DNA of 64,000 nt, from positions 1 to 64,000 of the IMG/VR virus record IMGVR_UViG_3300033074_001936; one strand, given 5' to 3'. Numbering within the stretch: position 1 is the first letter of the stretch; each line of letters opens with the position of its first letter. Below are positions 16,866 to 26,213 of this stretch, one piece after another. The translations under genes were made by a program, and so were the position numbers. The notes under the pieces were generated by a model. The model was not told the origin of the DNA, made no database searches, and worked only from the letters and a program-made list of their open reading frames with translations. This DNA is from a virus (lineage: Duplodnaviria > Caudoviricetes).

Positions 16866-17647
16866 GCGCAATCAAAGTATTTGTCGGGACATCCCCGGCT
16901 GGCGAGGACGCCGAGGCGTGCGCGGTCCTCGAGCATACGCTGCGCAAGCATGCATCGCGCCCGGTCGACATCACTTGGCTCAAGCAGTCATCGGACCCGG
17001 GGGCGCCGGGGCACGGCTGGCGCTCGGAGCGCTGGTCGACTCCCTGGGCGGGCCTGCGCTGGGCCGCGCCCGAGCTTGCGGGCTGGTCCGGGCGCGCGAT
17101 CTACTTGGACTGCGCGCAGATCATCTTGGGCGACGTTGCGGCGCTCGCGGCGGCCCCCATGCCCGAGGGCGTGGTCGTCCTCCTGAGCAGGGATGGCCGC
17201 TTGCTGCACCTCGCCTGCATGGTCTGGGACTGCGAGCGGGCGCGTGCCGTCTTGCCGCCACTCGAAGCCCTGCGCGCCGATGTGGGCGGGCACTTGGCAG
17301 TCGCCTCGATGCTCGCCGACACCCCATCCTTGGTGGGCGCGCTGCCGCGGGGGTGGGCCGTGGGCGATCAGGACTTTGCGCGCATGCCCGAGGGTGGGGC
17401 GCGCTCGGTTCACTGCGCAAACCTGTTCATGCAGCCGCATGCCCGCATGGCCATCCCGCGCCTGCGCCGCGAGGGGCGTCGGCACTGGTTCGACGAGGTG
17501 CGCATGCGGCACTTCTGCCCCGCGCTCGTGGAGCTGTTTGATCGCGAGTATGCCGAAGCGGAGGCCTCCCCGGGTTTCTCCCTCGAGAAATACATCGGGG
17601 GCGAGGATGCGGGAGGGGGACGTGCAAAGCATCAAGAGGCTTCATGA
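16862..17647 (+). CDS. GT8-like (GT-A) phage glycosyltransferase
   Basis: IKVFVG, VLEHTLRKHASRPVDITWL, WSTPW..LRW..PEL, GRAIYLDC; the DxD position reads DCA. Confidence 0.7.
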   Translation: MSAIKVFVGTSPAGEDAEACAVLEHTLRKHASRPVDITWLKQSSDPGAPGHGWRSERWSTPWAGLRWAAPELAGWSGRAIYLDCAQIILGDVAALAAAPMPEGVVVLLSRDGRLLHLACMVWDCERARAVLPPLEALRADVGGHLAVASMLADTPSLVGALPRGWAVGDQDFARMPEGGARSVHCANLFMQPHARMAIPRLRREGRRHWFDEVRMRHFCPALVELFDREYAEAEASPGFSLEKYIGGEDAGGGRAKHQEAS

Positions 17648-17660
17648 GCGGGGGGCTGCG

Positions 17661-18095
17661 ATGCGGCCCTTGCTCCTCGGCATGAACAACTCGCTCTCCG
17701 ACGACCCGGAGTTCGACTTGTTCCCCTACCCGGAGGGCTCGGCGGGCTGGCGCCTGTGGAAGCTCCTGCCCGAGGGTACGCCGCGCCGGGCCTACCTCGA
17801 GTCATTCGAGCGCCTGAACTTGCTGCGGGCGCGCGAGTGGGACATGCGCGCGGCGCGGGCCGCCGCCTCGACGGTGCGGCCCATGCTCGCCGGCCGCCGC
17901 GTGGTCTTACTCGGCACCGAGGTGCGCGCGGCGCTCGGATTCCCGATTACCCCGCCCATGATTTGGCACAACTGCGACGATTTCGATTGGGCAGCCCTCC
18001 CACACCCGTCCGGGCGCAACTTGTGGTATAATTCCTCGGCCAACCGTGCCGCCGCATCCGCCTTCTTGCGGGACTTGATGGGGGCTGCCGCGTGA
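17661..18095 (+). CDS. Uracil-DNA glycosylase-superfamily-like protein
   Basis: GSAGWRL, VVLLG, LPHPSGRNLWYN (HPS motif). Confidence 0.65.
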   Translation: MRPLLLGMNNSLSDDPEFDLFPYPEGSAGWRLWKLLPEGTPRRAYLESFERLNLLRAREWDMRAARAAASTVRPMLAGRRVVLLGTEVRAALGFPITPPMIWHNCDDFDWAALPHPSGRNLWYNSSANRAAASAFLRDLMGAAA

Positions 18096-18943
18096 TCGCC
18101 TGCTACGATTTATCTTGTAATCCCCCGACCTATGACGTGGTGGCGTTTCTTGCGCATGCCGAGATCGAGCGCCTTCGCCGCGGGGAAGAATCCATCTATC
18201 TCCGCGTGCTGCCGGGGCCGGCGGGCGGCTTCCGTCGTGATGGGCTGTGGCCCTACTCGCTCGAGGAGCGGCGGCGACTTCGCGACCGGGTGTTATTGCC
18301 TCTATGCCGCCTCCTGCCATCAGTCGTATCAACCGAAGTCTCCGGCTCCCGCGTGGGGGTCGATGATGCGTTCGGGTTCCGGCAGCGTCTCATCAGCCTG
18401 CCCGCCATCATGTCCGCCCTCCGCGTGGACTCCCGGCCGCTGCGACCGCGGGGGATCAAGCCGCCGCGCTGGCGGGGCCTTGTAACGTTTACTCTGCGCG
18501 AGGCCGAGCATCATAACCTGCGCAACAGCCGGGTCGATGAGTGGGTTGCCGCCGCCCGCGCGCTGCGCCAGTCCGGTTACTCTGTCATAGTGGTCCGGGA
18601 CTACGTGCATGCGAATGAGACCATTGATGATGTTCCGACTTCGCAGGCGGCGGCACTCGATGTCGCCGCCCGCGCACAGCTGTATGCGCAGGCTGATCTC
18701 AATGTGGGCATCTGCAACGGGCCGATGTGGATGGCGATCTTCATGAATGCCCCGACCCTCATGTTGCGGCCGACGACTGATGCGGCCGGCGGCTGTTATG
18801 ATGGCATGTTCTACGCGCGGCATGGGCTGGCCCGCGGGGATCAGCTGCCGACCAGCCCTCCGCATCAGCGGCTTGCTTGGGAGGATGACTCGCGCGACAA
18901 CATCGTGCGCGCGGTGCGGGAGATGATGGAGGCGGCGGGGTGA
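18092..18943 (+). CDS. Putative glycosyltransferase (GT-B/GT9-like)
   Basis: VTFTLRE...RNS...W and RAQLYAQADLNVGICNGP C-terminal pattern; lies in the sugar cluster. Confidence 0.55.
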   Translation: MIACYDLSCNPPTYDVVAFLAHAEIERLRRGEESIYLRVLPGPAGGFRRDGLWPYSLEERRRLRDRVLLPLCRLLPSVVSTEVSGSRVGVDDAFGFRQRLISLPAIMSALRVDSRPLRPRGIKPPRWRGLVTFTLREAEHHNLRNSRVDEWVAAARALRQSGYSVIVVRDYVHANETIDDVPTSQAAALDVAARAQLYAQADLNVGICNGPMWMAIFMNAPTLMLRPTTDAAGGCYDGMFYARHGLARGDQLPTSPPHQRLAWEDDSRDNIVRAVREMMEAAG

Positions 18944-19944
18944 CTCTTACGATCTCTGTACCGGTCTGGGGGTCGCCCGCATACATGCAGATCTTTACCC
19001 ATGCCGCCGCCCCGGCACTCAAGCGCTCGCTTGAAAACCTTCGCATGCCCGCGCGCTTCCTCATTCACACCGATCAGCCCGATGCGGCGCGGGCAGCCCT
19101 CGCCGGCTGCGAAGTCGAGGTGCGGCAGGTGCCGAACAAGTCGACTTATGTGGCGCTGCAGGAGTCGCACGCGGATGCTGTGCGCCGCGCGCGCGTCGGG
19201 GATCGGGTGGTCCTGCTCAACGCGGACTTGGTCGTGAGCAATAACTTCCTCGCCCGCTGCATGCAGCACCTCGACGCGGGGAAGGATGCAGTGGTCCTCC
19301 TGGGCATTCGCACGACTGCCGGCCCCGACGTACCGGCGGGCATGCGCCCGCGCGAGCTCCTCGCTTGGGCGTGGGCGCATCGCCACCAGATCATCCGCGA
19401 CCTCGAGTGGCCGCGCGGGGGGTCGATGATCCCGACCAATCTATTCTTCTCGGGCTCGGGCGGGTCTGTGGTCGCGCGCGGCTTCCACTTGCACCCGGCG
19501 GCCATCATCAAGCGAGCCGACACCAAGTTCTCATCGACTATCGACGGCGATCTGCTGGACTGCATCCCGCGGAGCCGCATCCACGTCGTGGTCGACCCCG
19601 ACGACTGCGCCATGCTCGAGGTCTCGGCGCCTGAGCGGCGCTTCCCCGTGCGGGGCGGCTTGCTCACTCCCGGCCAAGTTGCCGCGTCCATGCGCACGCG
19701 CGCCTCACCGACCCACTGCTGGCTGTTCCGCCACCGCATCACTGTCTGCGGGAGCCCCGCGCAGGTGTCGGATGATCTTGTTGCGTGCGATCAGATCCTT
19801 CGCCTGCTCCGGGCGGCCGCGCCCGATGATGCCCCCGCGGGGGAGATTGTTGCGCCTCGCGAGCCGCGCGCGCCGCGCGGGGCAGCCCCCGCGGGTCGGC
19901 GCCTGCATCCTTACAGGCGCGAGCAGGAGCGGAAGCGCCGATGA
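18940..19944 (+). CDS. GT-A-like protein, paralog 1
   Basis: SVPVWG, IHTD, VLLNAD, WAWAHRH, HP, STID shared with 19941 and 21181. Confidence 0.6.
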   Translation: MTLTISVPVWGSPAYMQIFTHAAAPALKRSLENLRMPARFLIHTDQPDAARAALAGCEVEVRQVPNKSTYVALQESHADAVRRARVGDRVVLLNADLVVSNNFLARCMQHLDAGKDAVVLLGIRTTAGPDVPAGMRPRELLAWAWAHRHQIIRDLEWPRGGSMIPTNLFFSGSGGSVVARGFHLHPAAIIKRADTKFSSTIDGDLLDCIPRSRIHVVVDPDDCAMLEVSAPERRFPVRGGLLTPGQVAASMRTRASPTHCWLFRHRITVCGSPAQVSDDLVACDQILRLLRAAAPDDAPAGEIVAPREPRAPRGAAPAGRRLHPYRREQERKRR

Positions 19945-20888
19945 GTTCTTATCGCAGGCCGGGCGGCCGCCGCGGCTGCGTCCCGACCCCGCCGGTTGGG
20001 CGCTGGATCGTCGCCCTCCCCGCGTGGGGTGATCGCTGCGTCGATGTCGCCATGCGCCATGTAATCCCGTCTCTATGCGCCGCGCTGCGGGAGCTCGGTC
20101 GCCCCGCGGTAGTCGTTGCATGGACCGACCAAGTCGACCGCCTGAGCCAGTTATTCCGATGGGAGGAGGGGGCGATCTCGGTCGTGTTCTCGGGCGTGCC
20201 GGGCGCGGACCGCGCCTTCGGCTCGCTCTCCGACTGCCATCGTCAAGCCCTCGAATCCGCGCAGCCGGGGGATCGCGTCCTCCTCCTGACGGCCGACATG
20301 GTTTTGTCGCGGGAGGTCCTCGCGACCTGCGAGCGGTACATTGCCGCGGGCATGCAGCTCGTTTGCTGCGTCGCCCCCCGCGCCCTCGAGGATGCGCGGC
20401 CCCCCATCGCCGCATCAGGCCGCGAGCTCATGCGGTGGGCGTGGGACAACCGCCATCCCATGACTCGCGACTGCACCTGGCCCGAGGGAAAGTCGTATGA
20501 TGTCTGGCGCATGTACTTCGAGCGAGATGGGGAGGTCGCAGCCCGCGTATTCCTTCCGCACCCATTGGTCGCGGTCCCGTCGGGGCGGCGCCTCCCCTTC
20601 AGCCCCACGATCGACGTCAATCTTGCGGCCAACTTCTCCCCGGCCGTGACCGTGCTCTTGACCTCGCCCGATGAGGGGGCCGCAGTTGAGTTGTCGCCCG
20701 TCGATAAGGAGTATGTTAAGTCAGAGCAAACCATGCGCGCCCGCCTCGAGAGCGGTACTGAGTCTTGCCCGCAGATCGCCCGGTGCGGCAATGCGCGCCA
20801 CCGCATGTTCTTCGGCAAGCGGGTTGTGCTGTGCGGTTCGGGCGGCGCCTGCGATGATGATGAGATGGTGAAGAGGATATTGGGATGA
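19941..20888 (+). CDS. GT-A-like protein, paralog 2
   Basis: LPAWG, WTD, LLTAD, WAWDNRHPMT, PHP, PTID. Confidence 0.6.
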   Translation: MSSYRRPGGRRGCVPTPPVGRWIVALPAWGDRCVDVAMRHVIPSLCAALRELGRPAVVVAWTDQVDRLSQLFRWEEGAISVVFSGVPGADRAFGSLSDCHRQALESAQPGDRVLLLTADMVLSREVLATCERYIAAGMQLVCCVAPRALEDARPPIAASGRELMRWAWDNRHPMTRDCTWPEGKSYDVWRMYFERDGEVAARVFLPHPLVAVPSGRRLPFSPTIDVNLAANFSPAVTVLLTSPDEGAAVELSPVDKEYVKSEQTMRARLESGTESCPQIARCGNARHRMFFGKRVVLCGSGGACDDDEMVKRILG

Positions 20889-21184
20889 CTACTCGCCGTT
20901 CATTTCTCTCACTTCTCGGGCTTTCCCCATTTTTTGCACCCGCGGTTATGGAGGAAGTTCGCGCCGCGGGTGAGGCGCCCGCCATTCCTCCGGCTGACAT
21001 TCCCATTCCGCTCGGCCTATCTCCGGCAGCTGCCTTCAATGGGGTCTTGGTTTGCGATTATTTTATGATCTGCACTAAGGATTGCTCGTTGGCCTTGCGG
21101 CCGGGTCATGACTTTGTAATGATGGAGAAAGGTTCTATTGTTGTTGATGGACCGCGCTTTGTAGCTGTGGATGATGCGCAATGA
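20885..21184 (+). CDS. Hypothetical protein with Tat-like N-terminus
   Basis: MTTRRSFLSLLG followed by a hydrophobic stretch; lower GC. Confidence 0.55.
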   Translation: MTTRRSFLSLLGLSPFFAPAVMEEVRAAGEAPAIPPADIPIPLGLSPAAAFNGVLVCDYFMICTKDCSLALRPGHDFVMMEKGSIVVDGPRFVAVDDAQ

Positions 21185-22059
21185 CGCGTTGGCTCATATC
21201 GGTCCCGGTCTGGGGGCAGCACTATGTTGATGAGTTCTGCGCGGCGGCATTGCCCCCGCTCACGTGCGCCATCGAAGCCCTCGCCGAGCTGCCGGATATT
21301 GAGGCGCGCCTCATCATTCACACGGATCGGGCCGAGCAAGTCGGAGCCGCGACATCGGTGCGAGTCGAGTGCCGCCCTGTGCCTGCCGGGGCGCGGGGCT
21401 TCGACTGCATGTCGCAGGCACATCGCGAAGTGTTGAGGCTCGGCCTGCGCGGGGATGTAGTCGTGTTGCTGACGGCCGGCGCGGTGATCTCGGCGCAGGG
21501 ACTTCGCTACTGCGCAAAAGTGCTCGAGGACCCCCGGCTCCGGCTCGTGTTATGCGCCGTTCCGCGCGCGCTACCGCGCGGCCCCCTCCCTGACGCGGCT
21601 GACGGAGAATCCCTCATGCGCTGGGCGTGGGACAACCGCCACCCCATGACTGAGGAGTGCATCTGGCCGCATGGGCGCTCGCGGGACTTATCCCGGACAT
21701 TTTACTTGGGGGCGGTCGGCTCCGTCGCGACGCGGCAGGCACTCCCGCACCCGCTCGCCGTGCGCATCGACGGTCGGCCCCTGCGCTTCACTCCTACAGT
21801 CGACGCGAACTTGATCCATTGCTTTGATCCATCAGAGATGCACATGACCCCCGACTGCCGCGAGCTCGCGCTTATCAAGCTATCCCCGGAGGACAAGGCG
21901 TTTGACCTAGTCGATGCATCTATGCGCGCGCGGGCAGCCCGCGGGGAGCTCGTCATCGCGGACAAACATCAGCGTTGGTGCCTGGGGCATCGCGTACATC
22001 TATGCGGGTCGGGGGAGATTCAAGATGATGATCATTTTATGGTTGCGCTGCGAGGATGA
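21181..22059 (+). CDS. GT-A-like protein, paralog 3
   Basis: SVPVWG, IHTD, LLTAG, WAWDNRHPMT, PHP, PTVD. Confidence 0.6.
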   Translation: MTRWLISVPVWGQHYVDEFCAAALPPLTCAIEALAELPDIEARLIIHTDRAEQVGAATSVRVECRPVPAGARGFDCMSQAHREVLRLGLRGDVVVLLTAGAVISAQGLRYCAKVLEDPRLRLVLCAVPRALPRGPLPDAADGESLMRWAWDNRHPMTEECIWPHGRSRDLSRTFYLGAVGSVATRQALPHPLAVRIDGRPLRFTPTVDANLIHCFDPSEMHMTPDCRELALIKLSPEDKAFDLVDASMRARAARGELVIADKHQRWCLGHRVHLCGSGEIQDDDHFMVALRG

Positions 22060-22605
22060 ATGCAGATGCAGGCGCTTGTAATTGGGGGTGACGGTAATCT
22101 GGGCCGGGTGCTCTGTCGCGAGCTTGCCGCGCGGGGGCTCATGTTTGTGCGCACTACCCGGCGCAAGACCGATCTTTTTCATCCATCGATTGTTTACTGT
22201 GATCTGCGTGACTTGCGCGACTTCGACCCGGGCGCGGGCATGTGGGTGAATGGCGCAATCACGTTCCGGGTCATCTATATCATGGCGGCAATCACCGGCA
22301 TCATGCGGGCGGAGACTGATCCTGATGCATGGCATGTGAACGCGGAGGCGCCGCTGCTCATCGCGCAGAGGGCGCGCCTTGGCGGGCATCATGTTGTTTT
22401 CATCTCATCTGGGACGGTCGAGCGCGCCCAGCATACAGCGCTCGCGCGGCAGAAGGCATATGCCGATCAAGCCGTACTCATACTCGGGGGATGCGTAGTA
22501 CGTCCGCTCCCTTTCGTCGAGCCGGATAAGTATGTTGAACTTGCGCGCCTCCTTATTCAAGTGGGCTTGGAGCGCCGCTCGGGGCTGGTTCGATGGGAGG
22601 GATGA
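22060..22605 (+). CDS. Short RmlD-like NAD(P)-dependent sugar reductase
   Basis: LVIGGDGNLG, AAIT, AWHVNA, VFISS; only 181 aa. Confidence 0.7.
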   Translation: MQMQALVIGGDGNLGRVLCRELAARGLMFVRTTRRKTDLFHPSIVYCDLRDLRDFDPGAGMWVNGAITFRVIYIMAAITGIMRAETDPDAWHVNAEAPLLIAQRARLGGHHVVFISSGTVERAQHTALARQKAYADQAVLILGGCVVRPLPFVEPDKYVELARLLIQVGLERRSGLVRWEG

Positions 22606-23321
22606 TGAAGAAGTATGCGATTATACTCGGGGCGGGCTCAGACATCGGTGCCGGCATCGCGGAACGGCTCGTGGAAGATGACTGGGAGGTGGCTCTGCAT
22701 CGCCATTCCGATGGCGATCCTCGAGGGTCCATGTTCGATGACTGGGACTTGATCGTTTGCTGTTATGGTACTCTCGAGCCAATCGGAAATTTCTGGGATG
22801 TCGACTTTGATGACTGGCTCGCCGCCTTCGAGGCCAATGCATTCAAGGGTCTGAGGCAGGTGCAGATGCTGTATCCGCAGCGGCGGGCCGGCGCCTCCGT
22901 CTGCTTCTTCTCGGGCGCGGGCGCGAATGGGCCGGCGCCGACTTATTCGGCCTACTGCGCATCGAAGACCTTGCTCACCAAGATGGTCGAGCTCATGGAC
23001 GCGGAGTCGGAGGACTGTAAATTTTTTATCCTCGGCCCCGGCATGATGCGGACCAAGATTCAGGAGCAGACCCTGCGCGCGGCCGCGCGCGCCGCCAACT
23101 TCAATCGCGTGCGGGAGTTCATGGACTCGGGCGCCCCTGGCACCGCTCCCGACTACTTGTATCAATTCTTGAAGGCATGCGTGGCGGCATCAAAGCCCGC
23201 TGTCGGCGGCTGCAACTTCTACGTGCCCCAAGATGATCCGGCCCGCCTCGCCGACCTCGGGCGGCCGCGGGACTGGTTCAAGCTGCGGAGGGCGGGCGAT
23301 GAAGCCATCAGAAGGCGATAA
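22602..23321 (+). CDS. SDR family oxidoreductase
   Basis: ILGAGSDIG, YSAYCASK (YxxxK), PGMMRT. Confidence 0.85.
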   Translation: MMKKYAIILGAGSDIGAGIAERLVEDDWEVALHRHSDGDPRGSMFDDWDLIVCCYGTLEPIGNFWDVDFDDWLAAFEANAFKGLRQVQMLYPQRRAGASVCFFSGAGANGPAPTYSAYCASKTLLTKMVELMDAESEDCKFFILGPGMMRTKIQEQTLRAAARAANFNRVREFMDSGAPGTAPDYLYQFLKACVAASKPAVGGCNFYVPQDDPARLADLGRPRDWFKLRRAGDEAIRRR

Positions 23322-23487
23322 GGCGGCCGATAAGGCGGCTGTGGCGGCTGTTGAGTCATGCGATTGTGCGGCCCACTCCGATGCGCCGGAGCGGTGCAAC
23401 CCTACTCGGGGGCGATTTGGATGTGATGGGAAATATCGCATGCCGCAGCTTCCGCAGGGAATGAAGTGCGCGAGGGGGTTGTTGTGA
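23299..23487 (+). CDS. Small Cys-rich hypothetical protein
   Basis: Fills the gap and overlaps both neighbours. Confidence 0.35.
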   Translation: MKPSEGDKAADKAAVAAVESCDCAAHSDAPERCNPTRGRFGCDGKYRMPQLPQGMKCARGLL

Positions 23488-23999
23488 AGCTATCCGACGC
23501 AGTCGCTGAGTTTCTTGCGCAGCATGTGCAAGTCGCATTTGTGGTCAATGGCGGGGCATGTCTTCATCTCATCCACTCGATTGCGGAGGCGCAGGGCATC
23601 GATTACATCTGCCCTCATCATGAGCAGGCCGCGGGGTTTGCCGCTGACGCGTATGCCCGCCTCACGGGTTTTGGCTGTGCTATCGCGACATCCGGTCCCG
23701 GCGCCACCAATTTGATCACGGCAATCGCTGCCTCCTACTACGATTCTATCCCGGTCTTATACATTACGGGGCAGGTGACGACCGGGCGCATGACCGGCGG
23801 CTCGGGGGTGCGGCAGATGGGCTTTCAGGAGACTCCCATCGTGGATATGGTCCGGCCAGTCACGAAGTTCGCTGAAACCGTCATGCAACCCGGCAGCATC
23901 ATCGAGATATTGCGCTCAGCGGTCACTATTGCGCGCATGGCGCGGCCTGGCCCGGTGTTGATCGACATTCCTGACGACTTGCAGCGCGCGGAGATTTGA
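23484..23999 (+). CDS. ThDP-dependent enzyme (acetolactate synthase/YerE-like), N-terminal PYR domain
   Basis: HHEQAAGFAADAYAR, TSGPGATN, DSIPVLYITGQ, GFQETP, RPGPVLIDIPDDLQ. Confidence 0.9.
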   Translation: MKLSDAVAEFLAQHVQVAFVVNGGACLHLIHSIAEAQGIDYICPHHEQAAGFAADAYARLTGFGCAIATSGPGATNLITAIAASYYDSIPVLYITGQVTTGRMTGGSGVRQMGFQETPIVDMVRPVTKFAETVMQPGSIIEILRSAVTIARMARPGPVLIDIPDDLQRAEI

Positions 24000-24000
24000 G

Positions 24001-24297
24001 ATGAGCAGTGACTTGGTTAAGAAGCCCCCATCAGCCATCGCTCAGGACTTCATCAATGATCTGGCTCTGGTTGTGAATAAGTACCACGCCGAGCTCAACT
24101 CATTTGAAGTCCTTGCTGTGTTGGCGAATTTTGTGGGCAAGCTTATCGCGGTCGAGCCAAGTTCGGCCACCCCCGCGCAACTCATGAAGCTCATGCTCAC
24201 TAACATGGACCAAGGCAACTTGGAAGTTGTGAAGGGTCTCGTTTCCAATGAGCTTGCCGAGCGGCTGTTCAAAGTTCCGCCAGCGGGGAGCGCATAA
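24001..24297 (+). CDS. Hypothetical protein between the two halves of the ThDP enzyme
   Basis: 98-aa ORF exactly filling the gap. Confidence 0.6.
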   Translation: MSSDLVKKPPSAIAQDFINDLALVVNKYHAELNSFEVLAVLANFVGKLIAVEPSSATPAQLMKLMLTNMDQGNLEVVKGLVSNELAERLFKVPPAGSA

Positions 24298-24300
24298 GTA

Positions 24301-25503
24301 ATGCTCAAAGATGCCTTGGACGCGTTGCGTGCGGCCGGCCGCCCCGTTTTGATCTTTGGCGCGGGGGCGCGCGGTGCGGCGCGCGATGCGCGTGGCCTGG
24401 CCGGGCTCCTCCGCATCCCGGTCGCGCCCACGTGGGGCGCTGTCGACTTGTTCCCGGACCTTCCCGACTACTTGTGCGTGGGTGGGTTCGGAACGCATGG
24501 GACGCGGGCGGCGAACTTTGCTGTGCAGAACGCCGATTGGATCTTGTCTGTGGGCGCGCGACTCGACTCGAAGGCCACGGGCACGCCCCGCCGTTACTTC
24601 GCGCGTGAGGCTGCGATCTTCATGGTCGACATCGATGATGCCGAAGTGCGGAAGTTCGGCGGCGTGCTCGGTCGCGCGTTTCGCGGGGTGCAGGCAGATG
24701 CGGGGCTGTTCTTGCGCGATATGATGGCAGCCGTGGAGGCGACCGGCGGTTATGAGCCCCCGACTGCGTGGATCGCGCGGTGCTGCGACTGGCTCGAGCG
24801 CTACCCCGCCTGCCCGCCCGGCTGCACCGACGAGGTCGGTGCCAATCCCTACGCGGTCGTCGCTGCCCTCTCGGAGCTGTGTCAGCCGGGGGACGTCATA
24901 GTCTCGGACACGGGGCTGTCCCTCGCGTGGCTCATGCAGGCGTTCAAGTTCAAGGCGGGGCAGGCATTCGTTCACGCGCTCAACCAGACTCCGATGGGCT
25001 ATGGATTGCCGGCCGCGATCGGCGCGGCGTTCGCTCGGGTGGGGTCACGCATCATCTTGGTCACTGGCGATGGCGGCCTCATGCTGAACCTTCAAGAGCT
25101 GCCGGTCGTCGTGCGGCATCAGCTCCCCATCAAGATCATCCTGCTCAACAACGCGGGCCACGGCATGTGCCGCCAGACGCAAGACCAGTGGCTCGGCGGC
25201 AAGCACTACTCGACATCTTGCATGGACTTGTCGTTCCCGGACTTCTGCGAAGTCGCAGAGGCATGTCAGATTGCCCATAAGATCGGGACGCAATCCATAA
25301 CTTTGAACAGCGATGTGCGTTGGGCGCTCAAGGCGGCGCTGGAAGATTTTGGACCATACTTACTGAATATTCGCATGCGGGAGACGCACCGCCTCACCCC
25401 ACAAGTTCCCTATGGCCGACCCAACGAAGATGGCGAGCCGGCCCTGCCGCGGGACGAGCTCGCGGCGCAGATGTGCGTGGGCATGGTGGAGGAGGGGCAG
25501 TGA
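24301..25503 (+). CDS. ThDP-dependent enzyme, central and C-terminal PP domains
   Basis: RPVLIFGAG, VQNADWILSVGARL, VDID, MGYGLPAAIGA, GDGGLMLNLQEL..LNNAG. Confidence 0.9.
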   Translation: MLKDALDALRAAGRPVLIFGAGARGAARDARGLAGLLRIPVAPTWGAVDLFPDLPDYLCVGGFGTHGTRAANFAVQNADWILSVGARLDSKATGTPRRYFAREAAIFMVDIDDAEVRKFGGVLGRAFRGVQADAGLFLRDMMAAVEATGGYEPPTAWIARCCDWLERYPACPPGCTDEVGANPYAVVAALSELCQPGDVIVSDTGLSLAWLMQAFKFKAGQAFVHALNQTPMGYGLPAAIGAAFARVGSRIILVTGDGGLMLNLQELPVVVRHQLPIKIILLNNAGHGMCRQTQDQWLGGKHYSTSCMDLSFPDFCEVAEACQIAHKIGTQSITLNSDVRWALKAALEDFGPYLLNIRMRETHRLTPQVPYGRPNEDGEPALPRDELAAQMCVGMVEEGQ

Positions 25504-26213
25504 CCGAGATCGACTATCGCGGCCTTGACATCCCCCGCGTGCCGCTCGGAGAGCGGGTGACCTCCGACAATCTATTCGATCCGAATGAGCAAGTGATCTT
25601 CGACTTCTACGCGGCCAACAAGGCGCGTTATCGGCGCGTCTTGGATGTCGGCGCGAACATCGGGGTCCACTCGATCCTCATGGCCCGCGCCGGCTGGGAA
25701 GTTCGCGCCTTCGAGCCGGATGCCAAGCACTTCGCGATGCTCAAGAAGAATGTCGAGAAGCACGGCGTGGCCGCGCACGTGGAGGCCGTTGAGGCAGCGG
25801 TATCGGACGCGGATGGCTGGGCGCGGTTCGTCCGCGTGCTCAACAACACGACGGGGAGCCACATCGAGGGGGCGAAGAGCGCGCATGGCCCATGCCGCCG
25901 GGCGCACGTGCGTACTGTCGACTGTCGCCCGCTGCTTCAGTGGGCAGACTTCGCCAAGATCGACTGCGAGGGGCACGAAGCGACCATTATTTGCGCGGTC
26001 GGTTGGCGCCGCCTGCGCCTGGATGCCATGGTAGAGGTTGGATCGCAGGCGAGCGCGGAGCGCATCTACGCGCATTTGATTGATTCCATTCCCATGTGGG
26101 CGCAGAAGATCGGGTGGGGTCGCGTGCGTTCTATATTCGACATGCCGCATAGCCACCTCGATGGTTCCTTGTTCATCGGGGAATGCGGGCCATTCATAGG
26201 AGATGGGAAATGA
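25500..26213 (+). CDS. FkbM family SAM methyltransferase
   Basis: LDVGANIG, AFEPD, AAVSD, KIDCEGHE. Confidence 0.88.
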   Translation: MTEIDYRGLDIPRVPLGERVTSDNLFDPNEQVIFDFYAANKARYRRVLDVGANIGVHSILMARAGWEVRAFEPDAKHFAMLKKNVEKHGVAAHVEAVEAAVSDADGWARFVRVLNNTTGSHIEGAKSAHGPCRRAHVRTVDCRPLLQWADFAKIDCEGHEATIICAVGWRRLRLDAMVEVGSQASAERIYAHLIDSIPMWAQKIGWGRVRSIFDMPHSHLDGSLFIGECGPFIGDGK

